Part shown: in pieces, positions 17,741 through 27,479 of the stretch | Layout of the letters: each line of letters starts with the position of its first letter | Position numbering within the stretch: the stretch's first letter is position 1 | From: a virus | Lineage: Duplodnaviria; Caudoviricetes | DNA: 35,498 nucleotides | Strand: one strand, 5' to 3' | Virus record (IMG/VR): IMGVR_UViG_3300032332_000044 | Span: 1-35,498 of that record | Program-made: the position numbers and the translations under genes | The notes under the pieces: model-generated | What the model was told of the DNA's origin: nothing | What the model saw: only the letters and a program-made list of their open reading frames with translations | Databases searched by the model: none

Positions 17741-18394
17741 TTACACCGATAGGTTGGAGACAAATGACAGTGTAACGATGGCCGACGGTACTGCTGGCCT
17801 GGTTGGGGAAGTGCCTGCCGGATACTGCTCAATCGACACTCCGACATCAGTAGGCCGCCACATGATCTCCACATAGTCGTTTGCGTTAAGGCTTACAAAA
17901 TAGTTTATTGCTGCAATTGTGTGAAACGGATCGCCAGCGCCTTTTCTGGGTGCAAACCCAAACCTTGAGTTCGACTTGTCAATGTTTGTCCCATTCTTTC
18001 TGAACCAAACGTCAACGTCTTGGGATGAATTTGTCGTGTTCGTAAACTGGATGGAAAACTGGACGTTGTATATGCCAGACTGCGATACGTTTAGTCTGGA
18101 TGAATTTGAGAGAGTGACGCCGTTGCTGAAGTCGGTAGTGTCAAACGTGATGGCGTAAGCCGTTGTGGTGTTAGCCGCGACCTGGTCTGTGGAGTCCTGG
18201 AACGCTCCATAAGGTGCGTTGAGGTACTTGCCTCCACGCGGTCCGAATAACGCTCCCAGAGCGTTTGTGACGCGGCTGGCGTAGTTCCCGATGTTGCTGA
18301 ATGTTTGGCTAAAGTACAGGCGGTCATACACCTCACCAGGATTGCCGAGATTCGGCTGCGCTGGCGTTGTGATCTGGCCGCTGTAGTCACTCAT
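17741..18394 (-). CDS. Tail-associated protein with C1q/TNF-like beta domain
   Basis: GIYNVQFSIQF, WFRKNG, LNANDYVEIMW. Confidence 0.6.
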   Translation of the reverse strand: MSDYSGQITTPAQPNLGNPGEVYDRLYFSQTFSNIGNYASRVTNALGALFGPRGGKYLNAPYGAFQDSTDQVAANTTTAYAITFDTTDFSNGVTLSNSSRLNVSQSGIYNVQFSIQFTNTTNSSQDVDVWFRKNGTNIDKSNSRFGFAPRKGAGDPFHTIAAINYFVSLNANDYVEIMWRPTDVGVSIEQYPAGTSPTRPAVPSAIVTLSFVSNLSV

Positions 18395-18729
18395 ATGTTT
18401 CGTTCAAAGTGTGGGCAGTCCAGCAACGATTTGAAGTTTCCACCCCAACGGTTTTTCGGATGTAGCATCTCCCAATAGGCGCCAACTGGAGCGAGGATAG
18501 CCTTGTCCCAGATGATTTTTCCATCCTTGAAAAAGTTCAAATCCATCGCGCACCGCTTGAGATGGATGCTGTTCATGGTCTTAGACCGACCGGTCTTTAC
18601 GTAGATGGCCTGCTGCTCCGGTGTACGCGCCAATTCGCCACCAGTGACCATAAACCCTTGCTCTGTGGCGTGCTGAATCAGCTTGCACATATCCAGCAGG
18701 AATGCTGCTTGTTCTTGACTAAGACTCAT
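18391..18729 (-). CDS. Endolysin, peptidase M15-type
   Basis: RTPEQQ, SIHLKRCAMD, WGG, DCPHFE. Confidence 0.85.
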   Translation of the reverse strand: MSLSQEQAAFLLDMCKLIQHATEQGFMVTGGELARTPEQQAIYVKTGRSKTMNSIHLKRCAMDLNFFKDGKIIWDKAILAPVGAYWEMLHPKNRWGGNFKSLLDCPHFERNI

Positions 18730-18919
18730 ACAAACCCCTTTTTTGAACAATTAGGTCAATGCAAGTAGCATCTGCTGTTGCGCCCATCTTAATAAATTCC
18801 TGCATCTTTCCCTGTACGGCTGCCATGCACTGCTGCCTGTCGGTGTAGTGGGTAAGTTGCTGTAAGAACTCACAATGCCCGTTCATGCAGATATAGAGGA
18901 CGGGGATGAAGATGCTCAC
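18719..18919 (-). CDS. Small Cys-containing hypothetical protein in the lysis cassette
   Basis: 66 aa, four Cys, overlaps both neighbours. Confidence 0.65.
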   Translation of the reverse strand: MSIFIPVLYICMNGHCEFLQQLTHYTDRQQCMAAVQGKMQEFIKMGATADATCIDLIVQKRGLYES

Positions 18920-19428
18920 TTGTTGCTCCTCATTTCGGCCAGTTTTTCTACAGTGCGTCCACCAAAGTACGCGCCCATAATCAGCATCCCCCAGTTACCC
19001 AGCAGCGTCACATAGGACTCGTTTGCATTGAGGCCGTAGGCAGACATCATGGCGAACAGGAAGTACCCCATAAAGATAGCGATCAGGCTCATTGGCCTGA
19101 TGTTCTTTGATAGCCAGGAGTCAGAGTTCATGTCTGCCTGCCAGCGATCTGTCACGTTATCCGCATCACTCTGTGCGGCTTTAGCAAACAATTCCAGTTC
19201 AGCCATCTCCAGCTTGGCCTTCTCGATGCCCAACTCAATCAGACGCTCTTCATGGTGAAACTGCAACTCGCGCAGCTTCTCAACGTCGGCCGGCGTAGGG
19301 TTGTCGGGTATCTTGACGCCCAGAGTGTTCTCGACTACCTCCTTGCCTTTGGCTTGGATAGCAGAAGAAAGCAGCCCCAGGCCGCTTTCCGCAAGAGTGC
19401 CGAGTAGTGCGCCAAGTATTGGAATCAT
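18916..19428 (-). CDS. Holin (GTA 3TM-like)
   Basis: SWLSKNIRP, C-terminal TM helices, YFGGRTVEK. Confidence 0.75.
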   Translation of the reverse strand: MIPILGALLGTLAESGLGLLSSAIQAKGKEVVENTLGVKIPDNPTPADVEKLRELQFHHEERLIELGIEKAKLEMAELELFAKAAQSDADNVTDRWQADMNSDSWLSKNIRPMSLIAIFMGYFLFAMMSAYGLNANESYVTLLGNWGMLIMGAYFGGRTVEKLAEMRSNK

Positions 19429-19918
19429 TAGAGACCTCTGTTAGTGATGATATGAAATAACGCGCCAACCAGTGGAACAACGATAGCGGATGCGCCTGTA
19501 ATCCAGAGTGTATTCATAATGATCGCAACCTTCATCTCTTTGTCCTTATGCTTTCTCTCTGACTCTTCTCTTTCTAGCGTGTTGCGCTCCTTAATCATCC
19601 TGGTGCGCTCTGCCATCATCTCTTCCCATACCGGCGCATTCCCACTATAGAAAAGAATGTCCTTCAGTTCCTTCTCATGTTCTCTCAGTGCCTTAGATGC
19701 CAGCGCGATCTGGAGTGCCTGAGAACTAATCTGCGCATCTGTCTTTCCTATTGACGCAATCCTGGCCTTGCTACTCGCTAGATGAACTGTGTCTGCCGCT
19801 TGATAGAAACTGCTGAATTCTTTGTATAGGCCATGTATATCTTTACCAAGGGCTACTGCTTTTTTATGCCAGCCACCGCACCCTGGGCAATGGCGAATGC
19901 CGTGAATGGATCAATCAC
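19428..19918 (-). pseudogene. Frameshifted membrane protein gene (21-aa frame-0 part plus -1 frame; ~163 aa if joined)
   Basis: GTG 19918 gives MIDPFTAFAIAQGAVAGIKKQ*; the -1 frame continues AVALGKDIHG...IITNRGL to 19428; break at ATA AAA AAG. Confidence 0.7.
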
Positions 19919-20082
19919 TTCTTGTTCACAACCGCCCACCGGCAGATGCGTCCATCTTTGTCCATGAATTCGTTAGCGCCCATCTTCTTGTCCTCATCTT
20001 TCTTAGGGATACGACAAACCAAAACCGTCTTTGTCTCAGTGTTAGGCCATGGGCTTTCCGCTGATGCAAGCAGAGAAATCAC
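19915..20082 (-). CDS. Hypothetical protein (55 aa)
   Basis: GTGA-coupled at both ends; MISLLASAESPWP...CRWAVVNKK. Confidence 0.65.
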   Translation of the reverse strand: MISLLASAESPWPNTETKTVLVCRIPKKDEDKKMGANEFMDKDGRICRWAVVNKK

Positions 20083-20312
20083 TTGTCAGCCTTGTTTTCC
20101 AGCTTGTCAAAGATGCGCTCCAGAGTCGCGTCAATCTTGTCTAGGCGGCTCTCAATGTCTGCCTTGCTGACGTAGTGCTTTGGCAAGTCAATCTCAATCG
20201 CCTTGATGTCTGCCTTCAGCGCTTTCACCGAATCCCATATCTCTTTACACCACCAACCAACGGCGACCAGGATCGCGCCACCGATGAAGTTGAACATTGG
20301 CTGAAATTCCAT
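20079..20312 (-). CDS. Small membrane-anchored coiled-coil protein (lysis-region, holin-like)
   Basis: N-terminal TM; LPKHYVSKAD..IFDKLENKADK. Confidence 0.75.
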   Translation of the reverse strand: MEFQPMFNFIGGAILVAVGWWCKEIWDSVKALKADIKAIEIDLPKHYVSKADIESRLDKIDATLERIFDKLENKADK

Positions 20313-20612
20313 TTATGCGCTCCAGGGTACGCCAGCAGCGCTTACAGGGTTTTTCAATGCTGCAATTTGTGCAGAAAGGTTGGCTTCAATAGCAGTCTTG
20401 TCCACGCCATTAGCCCAGCACCAATTCAGCACTTCCTGTTGGGTCACGCTGGCGTAGGGGATGGATGGCGTAGCAGCCGCAAAGCCGCAAGTGCCGTAAG
20501 CGCCAGCGGTGTATGTGCCATCAACAGCGGATGCTGTCCAGTGCGCGGTGGTGATAAAGCCGTCTGCTACCAAGTAGTCAGTTTGTACGATGTTCCAAGT
20601 TGTAGTGGTCAT
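20313..20612 (-). CDS. Tail-fibre-associated protein (possible chaperone)
   Basis: Directly downstream of the fibre; IPYASVTQQEVLNW..GVPW. Confidence 0.6.
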   Translation of the reverse strand: MTTTTWNIVQTDYLVADGFITTAHWTASAVDGTYTAGAYGTCGFAAATPSIPYASVTQQEVLNWCWANGVDKTAIEANLSAQIAALKNPVSAAGVPWSA

Positions 20613-20624
20613 GGTAAGTTCTTA

Positions 20625-21683
20625 TTAAATAGAAGTGATGGTTTGCCAAGCAGAACCGGAGTAAACGCAAAGTTTTGCAAGGGTGGTGTCAAATACCATC
20701 AGGCCAGCAGCAGGGCTGGAAATCGCATTCTTCTGCGTTGTGGTCATGTTGGGCATCCTCACGCCCTTAGTAGTGCTTTGTGCGTCTAAGATTGCGGAGG
20801 CACTTGGCGAACTAGTACCAATCCCCACGTTACCAGAGTTGTCAATACGCATTGCAACAGTACCGCTTTTTGTAAAGTCAGCAATAGGTGAAGTTCCATA
20901 CTGGTCAACTTGTAGTGCTGTACAGGCGGCGCTGGCATTGTTAACCAAAATGTGAGCAAAGTATGACGCCGAAACCGCTTGGTCAGTGCGAACACGGAAT
21001 GCGGTTCCTCCCGTGCCTTGGTGCAAAACATACAAACCAGCGTTGTCGTTATTGTTTGGCAAAGAGCCTTGCGGCTGAATTTGAACGGCAATTGAATTTG
21101 TTGCCCCAACAACTTGCAATCTGTAACTTGGCGAACTAGTACCAATCCCCACGTTGCCGCTAGAGTCGATACGCATCCGTTCTGAGTTGTTGGTGTACGT
21201 TGCCATGTAGTTATTATTCGGGTCATACAAAATCTGACCATTTGTAGTCGCACCCGATTTACCCATGTAGATGTAGCAACCACCAGGTGTTGCTGCTTGA
21301 GTTATAAGCGAAAGTGTTGCGCTTTGGGATGCCGCACCATTTTCAATAATCAATTTATTTTCACCGCTTGCTTTATAAGTGTGAAGCAATGAACTTGGCG
21401 AAGTAGTACCAATCCCCACGTTTTGGCTTGTGTCTACGGTTACTGCTGTAGTTCCTACCGTTTTAATGGTCAGTGCAGTTGATGCGTCAGTGTCAATGCT
21501 GCCGCCAATCTTCAACACCTTGCCAGAGCCAACGTGAAGACCGACGCTGGTCCCAGTGCCAGCCGCAGTAAACACTGCGTCCACTGAGTCCAGATCAGTG
21601 TTGATCTTTGTACCCCATGTATCGGTACTTGCGCCTACCTCTGGTTTGGTAAGGAGTAGGTTTGTCGTTGTCGTATCAGCCAT
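20625..21683 (-). CDS. Tail fibre protein
   Basis: N-terminal [24 protein letters not shown] anchor; three NVGIGT(T/S)SPS repeats. Confidence 0.8.
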   Translation of the reverse strand: MADTTTTNLLLTKPEVGASTDTWGTKINTDLDSVDAVFTAAGTGTSVGLHVGSGKVLKIGGSIDTDASTALTIKTVGTTAVTVDTSQNVGIGTTSPSSLLHTYKASGENKLIIENGAASQSATLSLITQAATPGGCYIYMGKSGATTNGQILYDPNNNYMATYTNNSERMRIDSSGNVGIGTSSPSYRLQVVGATNSIAVQIQPQGSLPNNNDNAGLYVLHQGTGGTAFRVRTDQAVSASYFAHILVNNASAACTALQVDQYGTSPIADFTKSGTVAMRIDNSGNVGIGTSSPSASAILDAQSTTKGVRMPNMTTTQKNAISSPAAGLMVFDTTLAKLCVYSGSAWQTITSI

Positions 21684-21691
21684 GATTTACC

Positions 21692-22726
21692 TCATTGGGT
21701 TGTCCAACTCTTAGACGTTGCGCCTACTGGCGTCCAAGGGTCGGTGTTGTCAAAAATTATAGTCCAGCTATCTGCATTTTGGGACTGCGTAGTCCATGTT
21801 GTGGTAGACGTGCCAGAGTCAGTCCAGGTGTCGGAATTGATTGGTTCCGGCTCCCACTTCAGCCGCTGAGTGATGAAGTCCAGTGCAGTAGCCGCCTCGG
21901 AAATTGACGCAAGAAAATCCAATCCAGGCAAGTAATCGTCCAGCGCCGATCCTGATTCGGAGATGTTCGCTACAAAGATACCGACGTTTTCATAAGCATC
22001 TATGGCTGCCAAAGACTCAGCAACATTCACCAAGAATACCGCCGTAACGCTTAATGAATCAGACGCCGTCACGGACTCAGAGTTAAACACTTGGTAGGTG
22101 AACGTCGGGAATAGTGACTCCGACGCTGTCAGCGCCTCCGCAACAGCGACAGACATGCTCAACGTGCCTACGCTTGCGTCTGACGCTGTGAGCGTTTCGG
22201 ATACAGCCGCTACCGCTTGCAGGACATTGGTTATCGCGTCCGATACGCTCAGTGTCTCTGATACCTGGACAGGTATTGTCAATATGCAAACTTGCGCGTC
22301 TGCTGCGCTTGCAGCTTCAGAGACAAGCGCCAAGAATACGATGGTGCTGCTTAGTGAGTCAGATGCCGTTACAGACTCGCTGGCAAAGGCAACTGCCACC
22401 AGGTTATTGCTGATTGAATCAGAAGCAGAGCCTGACTCTGCAATGCTTGCCACCAGTGTGGCAATGTTGGTGAGAACTTCAGACGCTGACAGCGTCTCCG
22501 ACATGGTCAGGTCAAGCGTTGTGGTTGCCGACTCAGCGTCAGCCGCAGATCCTGATTCTGCTAGCGACTTGTCATATCCAAAACCACTTAACAGTGATTC
22601 GTAGCCGCCAACCCCATACGCACCATATCCATATAAATTCGCACCATATCCACCAGAGAAAGCGCTAACAGAGTAATAATTACCTGGTGCGCTGAATGGT
22701 GTACCGAATGGCGCAAAACCAAACAT
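21692..22726 (-). CDS. Ser/Thr/Ala-rich repetitive virion protein
   Basis: ~20-aa periodic E(S/T)x(S/T)ASD repeats; C-terminal WT repeats. Confidence 0.65.
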   Translation of the reverse strand: MFGFAPFGTPFSAPGNYYSVSAFSGGYGANLYGYGAYGVGGYESLLSGFGYDKSLAESGSAADAESATTTLDLTMSETLSASEVLTNIATLVASIAESGSASDSISNNLVAVAFASESVTASDSLSSTIVFLALVSEAASAADAQVCILTIPVQVSETLSVSDAITNVLQAVAAVSETLTASDASVGTLSMSVAVAEALTASESLFPTFTYQVFNSESVTASDSLSVTAVFLVNVAESLAAIDAYENVGIFVANISESGSALDDYLPGLDFLASISEAATALDFITQRLKWEPEPINSDTWTDSGTSTTTWTTQSQNADSWTIIFDNTDPWTPVGATSKSWTTQ

Positions 22727-22728
22727 GA

Positions 22729-22881
22729 TTAGTCAGCCGGTAACGGCGTATTGCCTTCAGCAAGCCATTCTAAATATTGCTGGTAATCAGAATTAGCCAT
22801 GTCAAATGGAATGCAAGCACCATCACTTGTGCGGATGACGCTGGTTTGGTTACCCATAAATTGGGGCGATAGTTTGTACAT
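22729..22881 (-). CDS. Small fibre-associated protein (50 aa)
   Basis: MYKL...[23 protein letters not shown]; directly after the fibre gene. Confidence 0.75.
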   Translation of the reverse strand: MYKLSPQFMGNQTSVIRTSDGACIPFDMANSDYQQYLEWLAEGNTPLPAD

Positions 22882-24096
22882 TTAAAGTTCCGCAGAAAGC
22901 TGAGTCCCTACATTAGTAATTGAAAGTGCTTGGTTGGTTGTTCTGCCAGTTAGACCAGCAGTAGTTATTGGTGTTCTAGTTAATGATTGACCAGCACCTG
23001 ATATAGCTTGGCTAGTTGCATTTTGACTGCCACCAATAATGTCAATTGTAATATTTACTCCCGATGCCTGAGATAATGTTGGTAATACCCTCATTGAGAC
23101 TGCATGAACTAACGTGAAAAGCCCAGTTGTTGCGTTAAATGCTTGCCCACAGCTTCCTTGAAAATCTTTTTGGAAATACCGCTGGCATAACGCCAACTCA
23201 GTCCCGTATGAACGGTAATCAAAAGATGTGGCTACACTTCCTTTTTCTAGCTGAACATTACCAATTACCCATGTTCCGCTAGTCTGAGCGCCAACAGTGA
23301 ACAATATTTCAATGCCGGTTGTAGCCGCCGCTGGGATGCTAATTTGTGCGCTGTAATTTGTCAGTGTTGAGTTGACTGTAAAAGTACCAGTAGCAATTTG
23401 CGTCTTAGCTGACCATGTATCTGCACTGGTTGCATAATTTGCAGTCCATGTTACTGTCGTAAGCAAAGAATTAGAAATGTTGACAGATAGCGTGGCTGTG
23501 CTACCAGCCATGTCATAAGAATTTAATTGTTCAATCCTCTGACCAATACCTACTGCTGTAACGGATGCAGCACCTGTAACCTGTAAATTATTTTTATTTG
23601 CTCCAGAACCAGCCACTTGCGCTACAGTTACGGTAGCCCCTGTTGCATAGGCATACCATCGATCTACTGATGGATATGTTGGAGAAGTAGTCGGAACAGC
23701 ATTGCCAGATGTACCAGAAGTTGCTCGTTGAGCAATCTGCATCAATCCGTTAATAAGACGATTTTTGAAACCAAAACTGCTTGGCGTATCTGTATATACA
23801 GCTTTTACCGCTGGATATGTACAGAATACGTTTTTGCTTCCTGCTAGAAAATTTACCAATGCATCACTATTAGATGATGATAGGACAGTATCTCGACTAA
23901 GAGTAGTTCCAGAGGATGTATAGGTTCCTATTCCTACTTCCCAATTTGTACCGTCAGTGATACTGTAATAGGTTGTATTTCCATTGCCAACAACAGAAAA
24001 TGATTGGTATCCAGTAGTAGCACCGGCAAGCGTTACAGTGCCAGTACCAGTTGTGGTAGTGGTTTCCTGTACGCGATCATCGAGGACTAGAGCCAT
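22882..24096 (-). CDS. Tail fibre/receptor-binding protein
   Basis: MALVLDDRVQETTTTTGTG anchor; FKNRLING..QR, DRW, VQLEKGSVAT.F..ELALCQRYF. Confidence 0.8.
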   Translation of the reverse strand: MALVLDDRVQETTTTTGTGTVTLAGATTGYQSFSVVGNGNTTYYSITDGTNWEVGIGTYTSSGTTLSRDTVLSSSNSDALVNFLAGSKNVFCTYPAVKAVYTDTPSSFGFKNRLINGLMQIAQRATSGTSGNAVPTTSPTYPSVDRWYAYATGATVTVAQVAGSGANKNNLQVTGAASVTAVGIGQRIEQLNSYDMAGSTATLSVNISNSLLTTVTWTANYATSADTWSAKTQIATGTFTVNSTLTNYSAQISIPAAATTGIEILFTVGAQTSGTWVIGNVQLEKGSVATSFDYRSYGTELALCQRYFQKDFQGSCGQAFNATTGLFTLVHAVSMRVLPTLSQASGVNITIDIIGGSQNATSQAISGAGQSLTRTPITTAGLTGRTTNQALSITNVGTQLSAEL

Positions 24097-24112
24097 TAAA
24101 GACTCCTATATG

Positions 24113-24289
24113 TCAGCTTGCAACAAGTTCGTTTTCTTTGAAGAAACGCTCTTGTGCCTGGCTAGATTGATCGGTGTATTGAACCTTAAAAAGCAAGGTG
24201 GAATCATCATCCACAACTGCTCCTACCACAATCGTGCCGATCATGGATGTACCATTGATGGTCACGCTATCGCCTGTCTTGAATGTCAT
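24113..24289 (-). CDS. Hypothetical protein (58 aa)
   Basis: AGGAG RBS; MTFKTGDSV...RFFKENELVAS. Confidence 0.7.
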   Translation of the reverse strand: MTFKTGDSVTINGTSMIGTIVVGAVVDDDSTLLFKVQYTDQSSQAQERFFKENELVAS

Positions 24290-24299
24290 AGCTGACTCC

Positions 24300-24854
24300 T
24301 TATACCGATGCGGTGTAGGTGACGTTCAAAGTGTCGCCAGAGGCGATAGAACGGTTGCCACCAGTAAAACTACCAGCAGAGTACAAAGTTCCCGTAGTGC
24401 CAGATTTAGTGCTAACTGTGGTCAGGAATGCACCGGCTACTGTAGCGGTGGCGTTGATGGTGAAAGATGTTGCTGTGGACGCCTTGGAGCCAGCGGATGC
24501 TGCGTTCCAAGCTACTGCTGGACGGGTTGCGTTAGAGTAAGGAACTGTCTCGCTCCAGCCAGCGTGTGAGGACATCGTATCACCAGCGGCGTATGTAGGA
24601 GTAGAGGCTCCATCAACTAGGCCGATGTACCAGGCTGCTGTGTAAGCAGAACCAGCAAAATACTTGTCCAACAGGTCATTCTTACCAACAGTCACTACCA
24701 AGTTTTTGATTGGCTCTGACCATTTCAGATTTCCGTCCTTGTCAAAGCAAGTCAATTCGTAAAATCCAGTGATCCCGATGCTCTCATCCATAGATGATTG
24801 ACGCGAGATTGCTACGCTTGCAGCATCTTGACAATTGATACGCTCTGATTGCAT
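24300..24854 (-). CDS. Virion structural protein
   Basis: NLVVTVGKN..GDTLNVTY; GGAG before ATG 24854. Confidence 0.7.
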   Translation of the reverse strand: MQSERINCQDAASVAISRQSSMDESIGITGFYELTCFDKDGNLKWSEPIKNLVVTVGKNDLLDKYFAGSAYTAAWYIGLVDGASTPTYAAGDTMSSHAGWSETVPYSNATRPAVAWNAASAGSKASTATSFTINATATVAGAFLTTVSTKSGTTGTLYSAGSFTGGNRSIASGDTLNVTYTASV

Positions 24855-24879
24855 TTTGTTCTCCAAAACTGGGAAAATT

Positions 24880-25500
24880 TTAACCGAAAGACTTGGCGCG
24901 TGACTTTAATACGCCGCCGGTAGTAGCACCGCGCTCATCTGCAATTTGCAGTTCCTCAATACCTCTTTGATATAGACCTGCCCACACTTGAATTCTTGCG
25001 TCATCCTGTAGGTAGGGTGCGGCTTGGAGCAGTGACCCGTACAGATACACGTCAGGAGCCTTGGTAAGCAGCCAGTTAGTGGTGTTGGACGTAGACAGCT
25101 TGGCGAGTTTGCTGTAATAGATCAACTCACCTGTGTAGCTGGAATCAGGGATAGGCACAACGCGGAGCTGCGACCCGACAACGCCAAAGAACTTAGGCTT
25201 TCCGCTGGATGTGTACTGAGTCAGTAAGTCATCCAGACTGTCGATAGTCTCAAACTGCAATGGACTGACGGGGTTTGTGTCCATCTTGAACGTCCGCGCC
25301 TCTAGGAAGTCTCCTGGCGTTGCGTTGTACTCGGCGTCAATGGTTGCCGTTGCGCGGGTAATCATCTGGGTGGTGCGTAGAGTGCGCTCCATTTGCGCCT
25401 CGGCCAAAGACACAAAGTCGGTGATGGCAGACGTGAGATCGCTACGGTTTAGCCAGTCGGCGACCGAGGCTTTCAGTTCAGCGTATGTGCTCAGTGCCAT
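24880..25500 (-). CDS. Head-tail adaptor (tail tubular protein A-like)
   Basis: WLNRSDLT..FVSLAEA, TNWLL..APDVYLYGSL; synteny. Confidence 0.75.
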   Translation of the reverse strand: MALSTYAELKASVADWLNRSDLTSAITDFVSLAEAQMERTLRTTQMITRATATIDAEYNATPGDFLEARTFKMDTNPVSPLQFETIDSLDDLLTQYTSSGKPKFFGVVGSQLRVVPIPDSSYTGELIYYSKLAKLSTSNTTNWLLTKAPDVYLYGSLLQAAPYLQDDARIQVWAGLYQRGIEELQIADERGATTGGVLKSRAKSFG

Positions 25501-26155
25501 TTTCTGCCTTTTCCTTTTCGATGTCGCGCATCATCCAAGTGTGATCGTGCTTGAATTCAAACGTCCCGATGTGGCCGATCTCTTTGCTCACGTCGTGGTC
25601 TATGTAGATTTTATACCCTGCCGCCTGCGCCTTTCGGCAGAAGAAGATGTCCTCTCCGATGTAGCCTCGCTTGTCGGTACGCCAGGGAGTCTCGAACCAA
25701 GGTTCTGTTAGCTTCTCAAAGACGTTACGCTTGATTAGCATCACTCCCATGCCGATACTTCCAACTTCCTCGATGCCGGTTGACTCTGGCATGGTGTAGA
25801 CCAGTTCGCGCTCACCGTCCGGACCGTACTTCTGCGCAGTCGGGCCGGTAGGAATGCGCCGGCGTGCGCAATTGGTCGCCACGATGTCCAGGTCATGCGC
25901 AATAAGGCGCTCAACCATGTCCTGCGGGAACGTCATGTCGGAGTCGATGAACAGGATATGCGTGCAGCCCTCGGCCATCGCATCCAGCGCCAGGTCAGCA
26001 CGCTGGTTCTGAATCAGCGTACCCTGCATGATCTTCAAACTCACTGCGTCTGTCGTGTTCAGCGTGTGGTAGCAGACCATATTCACCAAGCAATAGGTGA
26101 AATTGGCGTGAACCATGTCACGGGCTGGCGTGCAGACTGCAATGTAGTTATTCAT
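25478..26155 (-). CDS. GT-A/GT2-like glycosyltransferase
   Basis: QRADL, FIDSDMTF (DxD), GMGVMLI, GEDIFFC, GHIG. Confidence 0.8.
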   Translation of the reverse strand: MNNYIAVCTPARDMVHANFTYCLVNMVCYHTLNTTDAVSLKIMQGTLIQNQRADLALDAMAEGCTHILFIDSDMTFPQDMVERLIAHDLDIVATNCARRRIPTGPTAQKYGPDGERELVYTMPESTGIEEVGSIGMGVMLIKRNVFEKLTEPWFETPWRTDKRGYIGEDIFFCRKAQAAGYKIYIDHDVSKEIGHIGTFEFKHDHTWMMRDIEKEKAENGTEHIR

Positions 26156-26466
26156 ACTTGTCCAGGTCTCGTTCTAAAGAATCTGTTGTCGGGGTCATTG
26201 AGCCAGCGTTTCATGTACGCCTGATCGTCCAGCTTGCCCTCGGCCTTGAGTTTGTAGTAGACGCCCTCTGGAATGCTGGCAATGTGATGCCACTCACCAC
26301 TCCAATTTGCACGTTCATCTACTCGATTGAAATCGGCCTTGTTTGCTTCAACAACTGCTGTGACATCCTGCTGAGTCTGAATTGTTGCCTGGCCGGTTTC
26401 ATCGTTGTAATGCCAAAAGCGGGTGATACCCGCTTCCTTGTTTTCGTCAAATACTTGATTGTTCAT
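26152..26466 (-). CDS. Hypothetical protein downstream of the capsid gene
   Basis: QDVT..ASIP..WLNDPDNRFFRT. Confidence 0.75.
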   Translation of the reverse strand: MNNQVFDENKEAGITRFWHYNDETGQATIQTQQDVTAVVEANKADFNRVDERANWSGEWHHIASIPEGVYYKLKAEGKLDDQAYMKRWLNDPDNRFFRTRPGQV

Positions 26467-26471
26467 GCGTT

Positions 26472-26502
26472 AAAAAAGGGACCAGGTTTCCCTGATCCCT
26501 TC
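26472..26502 (-). terminator. Rho-independent terminator after the major capsid gene
   Basis: Minus strand AGGGATCAGG-GAAA-CCTGGTCCCT followed by a T run. Confidence 0.85.
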
Positions 26503-26509
26503 TACTTGA

Positions 26510-27472
26510 TTACGACGTAATCAGGTCAGCAGCCAGGCCGTGGGCGTTCTCAGCCAGCACCTTGTGACCCCACTCCACCAGCAACATACGCTTCTCAGCG
26601 TCGCCGGTCTTAGCGAGTTCAATTTGCTGATATGGACGCAGCACAGTCATCTTGGCGTACTCAGGATCAAGTACCCATGCATCACGCTCACGTTGGAAAC
26701 GGTTTGCAATCACGCTAACTTGACCGAAATCGCTGACATAAATGTCAACAGCACCGATCAATGTTGCAGGACGATCACCGCCATTGATGTTGTAACGGCT
26801 GGATGCGATACCAGAGAAACCGCTGACGCGCTGTTTGTTAACAGGGCCGGTCATCAGGATCTTTGGAACACCACCGGAAGTCCACACTTGCTGAATCACA
26901 TTCTTGAGAATGGTCTCAGTGAAAGTGCGGACATTGCCGTCGGTACGGGCGCTGGATGGCAGCGTGGTATAGGACGGGTTTGCACCGTTGGTCTGCATAT
27001 CCACGTTGGTCTTGATAAACGCGCCCAGAGATGCTGTACCGCGTGCGGTGCTAGTGCTACCAGCAGCAGCCACAGCGTTGTTCAGCATGGTGAACTCTTG
27101 GTCGCGTTTCAGTTCGGCGCTACGCTTGGCGATCTGGTAAGCCAGTTCGCTGCGACGGCCTGCCTTGTTAACCACCTCTTCAGTCGCGGACAAGATGATG
27201 GTCTTGCGCGAAATCTGAGCATAGTTTTGCAGGCGAACAGTTGCGGTAACAGCGTCAAAAGAGGCGACATCGTCACCCTCGATCTGCTTGTTAGCTGCGG
27301 CGGCTGCCAGCGTGTCGGTCTGATACTCAAACAGCGAATTGCTGATTGACTCGCGTCCGATGTTGCTCATGTAAGGAGTTTCTTCGGGAGCGATATTAGT
27401 GATGATGTTGGACAGGTCTTCACGAATACCTTTGGCGTCAAAGGTGGTGAAAGTATTGGTAACGATACTCAT
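26510..27472 (-). CDS. Major capsid protein (DUF5309-like)
   Basis: REDLSNII..PEETP, NYAQI, ELKRDQE, YVSDFG, LAKTGD; follows scaffold; terminator downstream. Confidence 0.88.
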   Translation of the reverse strand: MSIVTNTFTTFDAKGIREDLSNIITNIAPEETPYMSNIGRESISNSLFEYQTDTLAAAAANKQIEGDDVASFDAVTATVRLQNYAQISRKTIILSATEEVVNKAGRRSELAYQIAKRSAELKRDQEFTMLNNAVAAAGSTSTARGTASLGAFIKTNVDMQTNGANPSYTTLPSSARTDGNVRTFTETILKNVIQQVWTSGGVPKILMTGPVNKQRVSGFSGIASSRYNINGGDRPATLIGAVDIYVSDFGQVSVIANRFQRERDAWVLDPEYAKMTVLRPYQQIELAKTGDAEKRMLLVEWGHKVLAENAHGLAADLITS

Positions 27473-27479
27473 GGTGTAC

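Noticed and set aside
20625-24096. Diversity-generating retroelement or invertible fibre cassette
   Set aside because: No reverse transcriptase, invertase or adenine-specific TR/VR pair seen
26540-27349. 269-aa plus-strand ORF opposite the capsid gene, and similar ORFs opposite portal, terL and primase
   Set aside because: Antisense shadows of codon-biased genes; no motifs or convincing RBS
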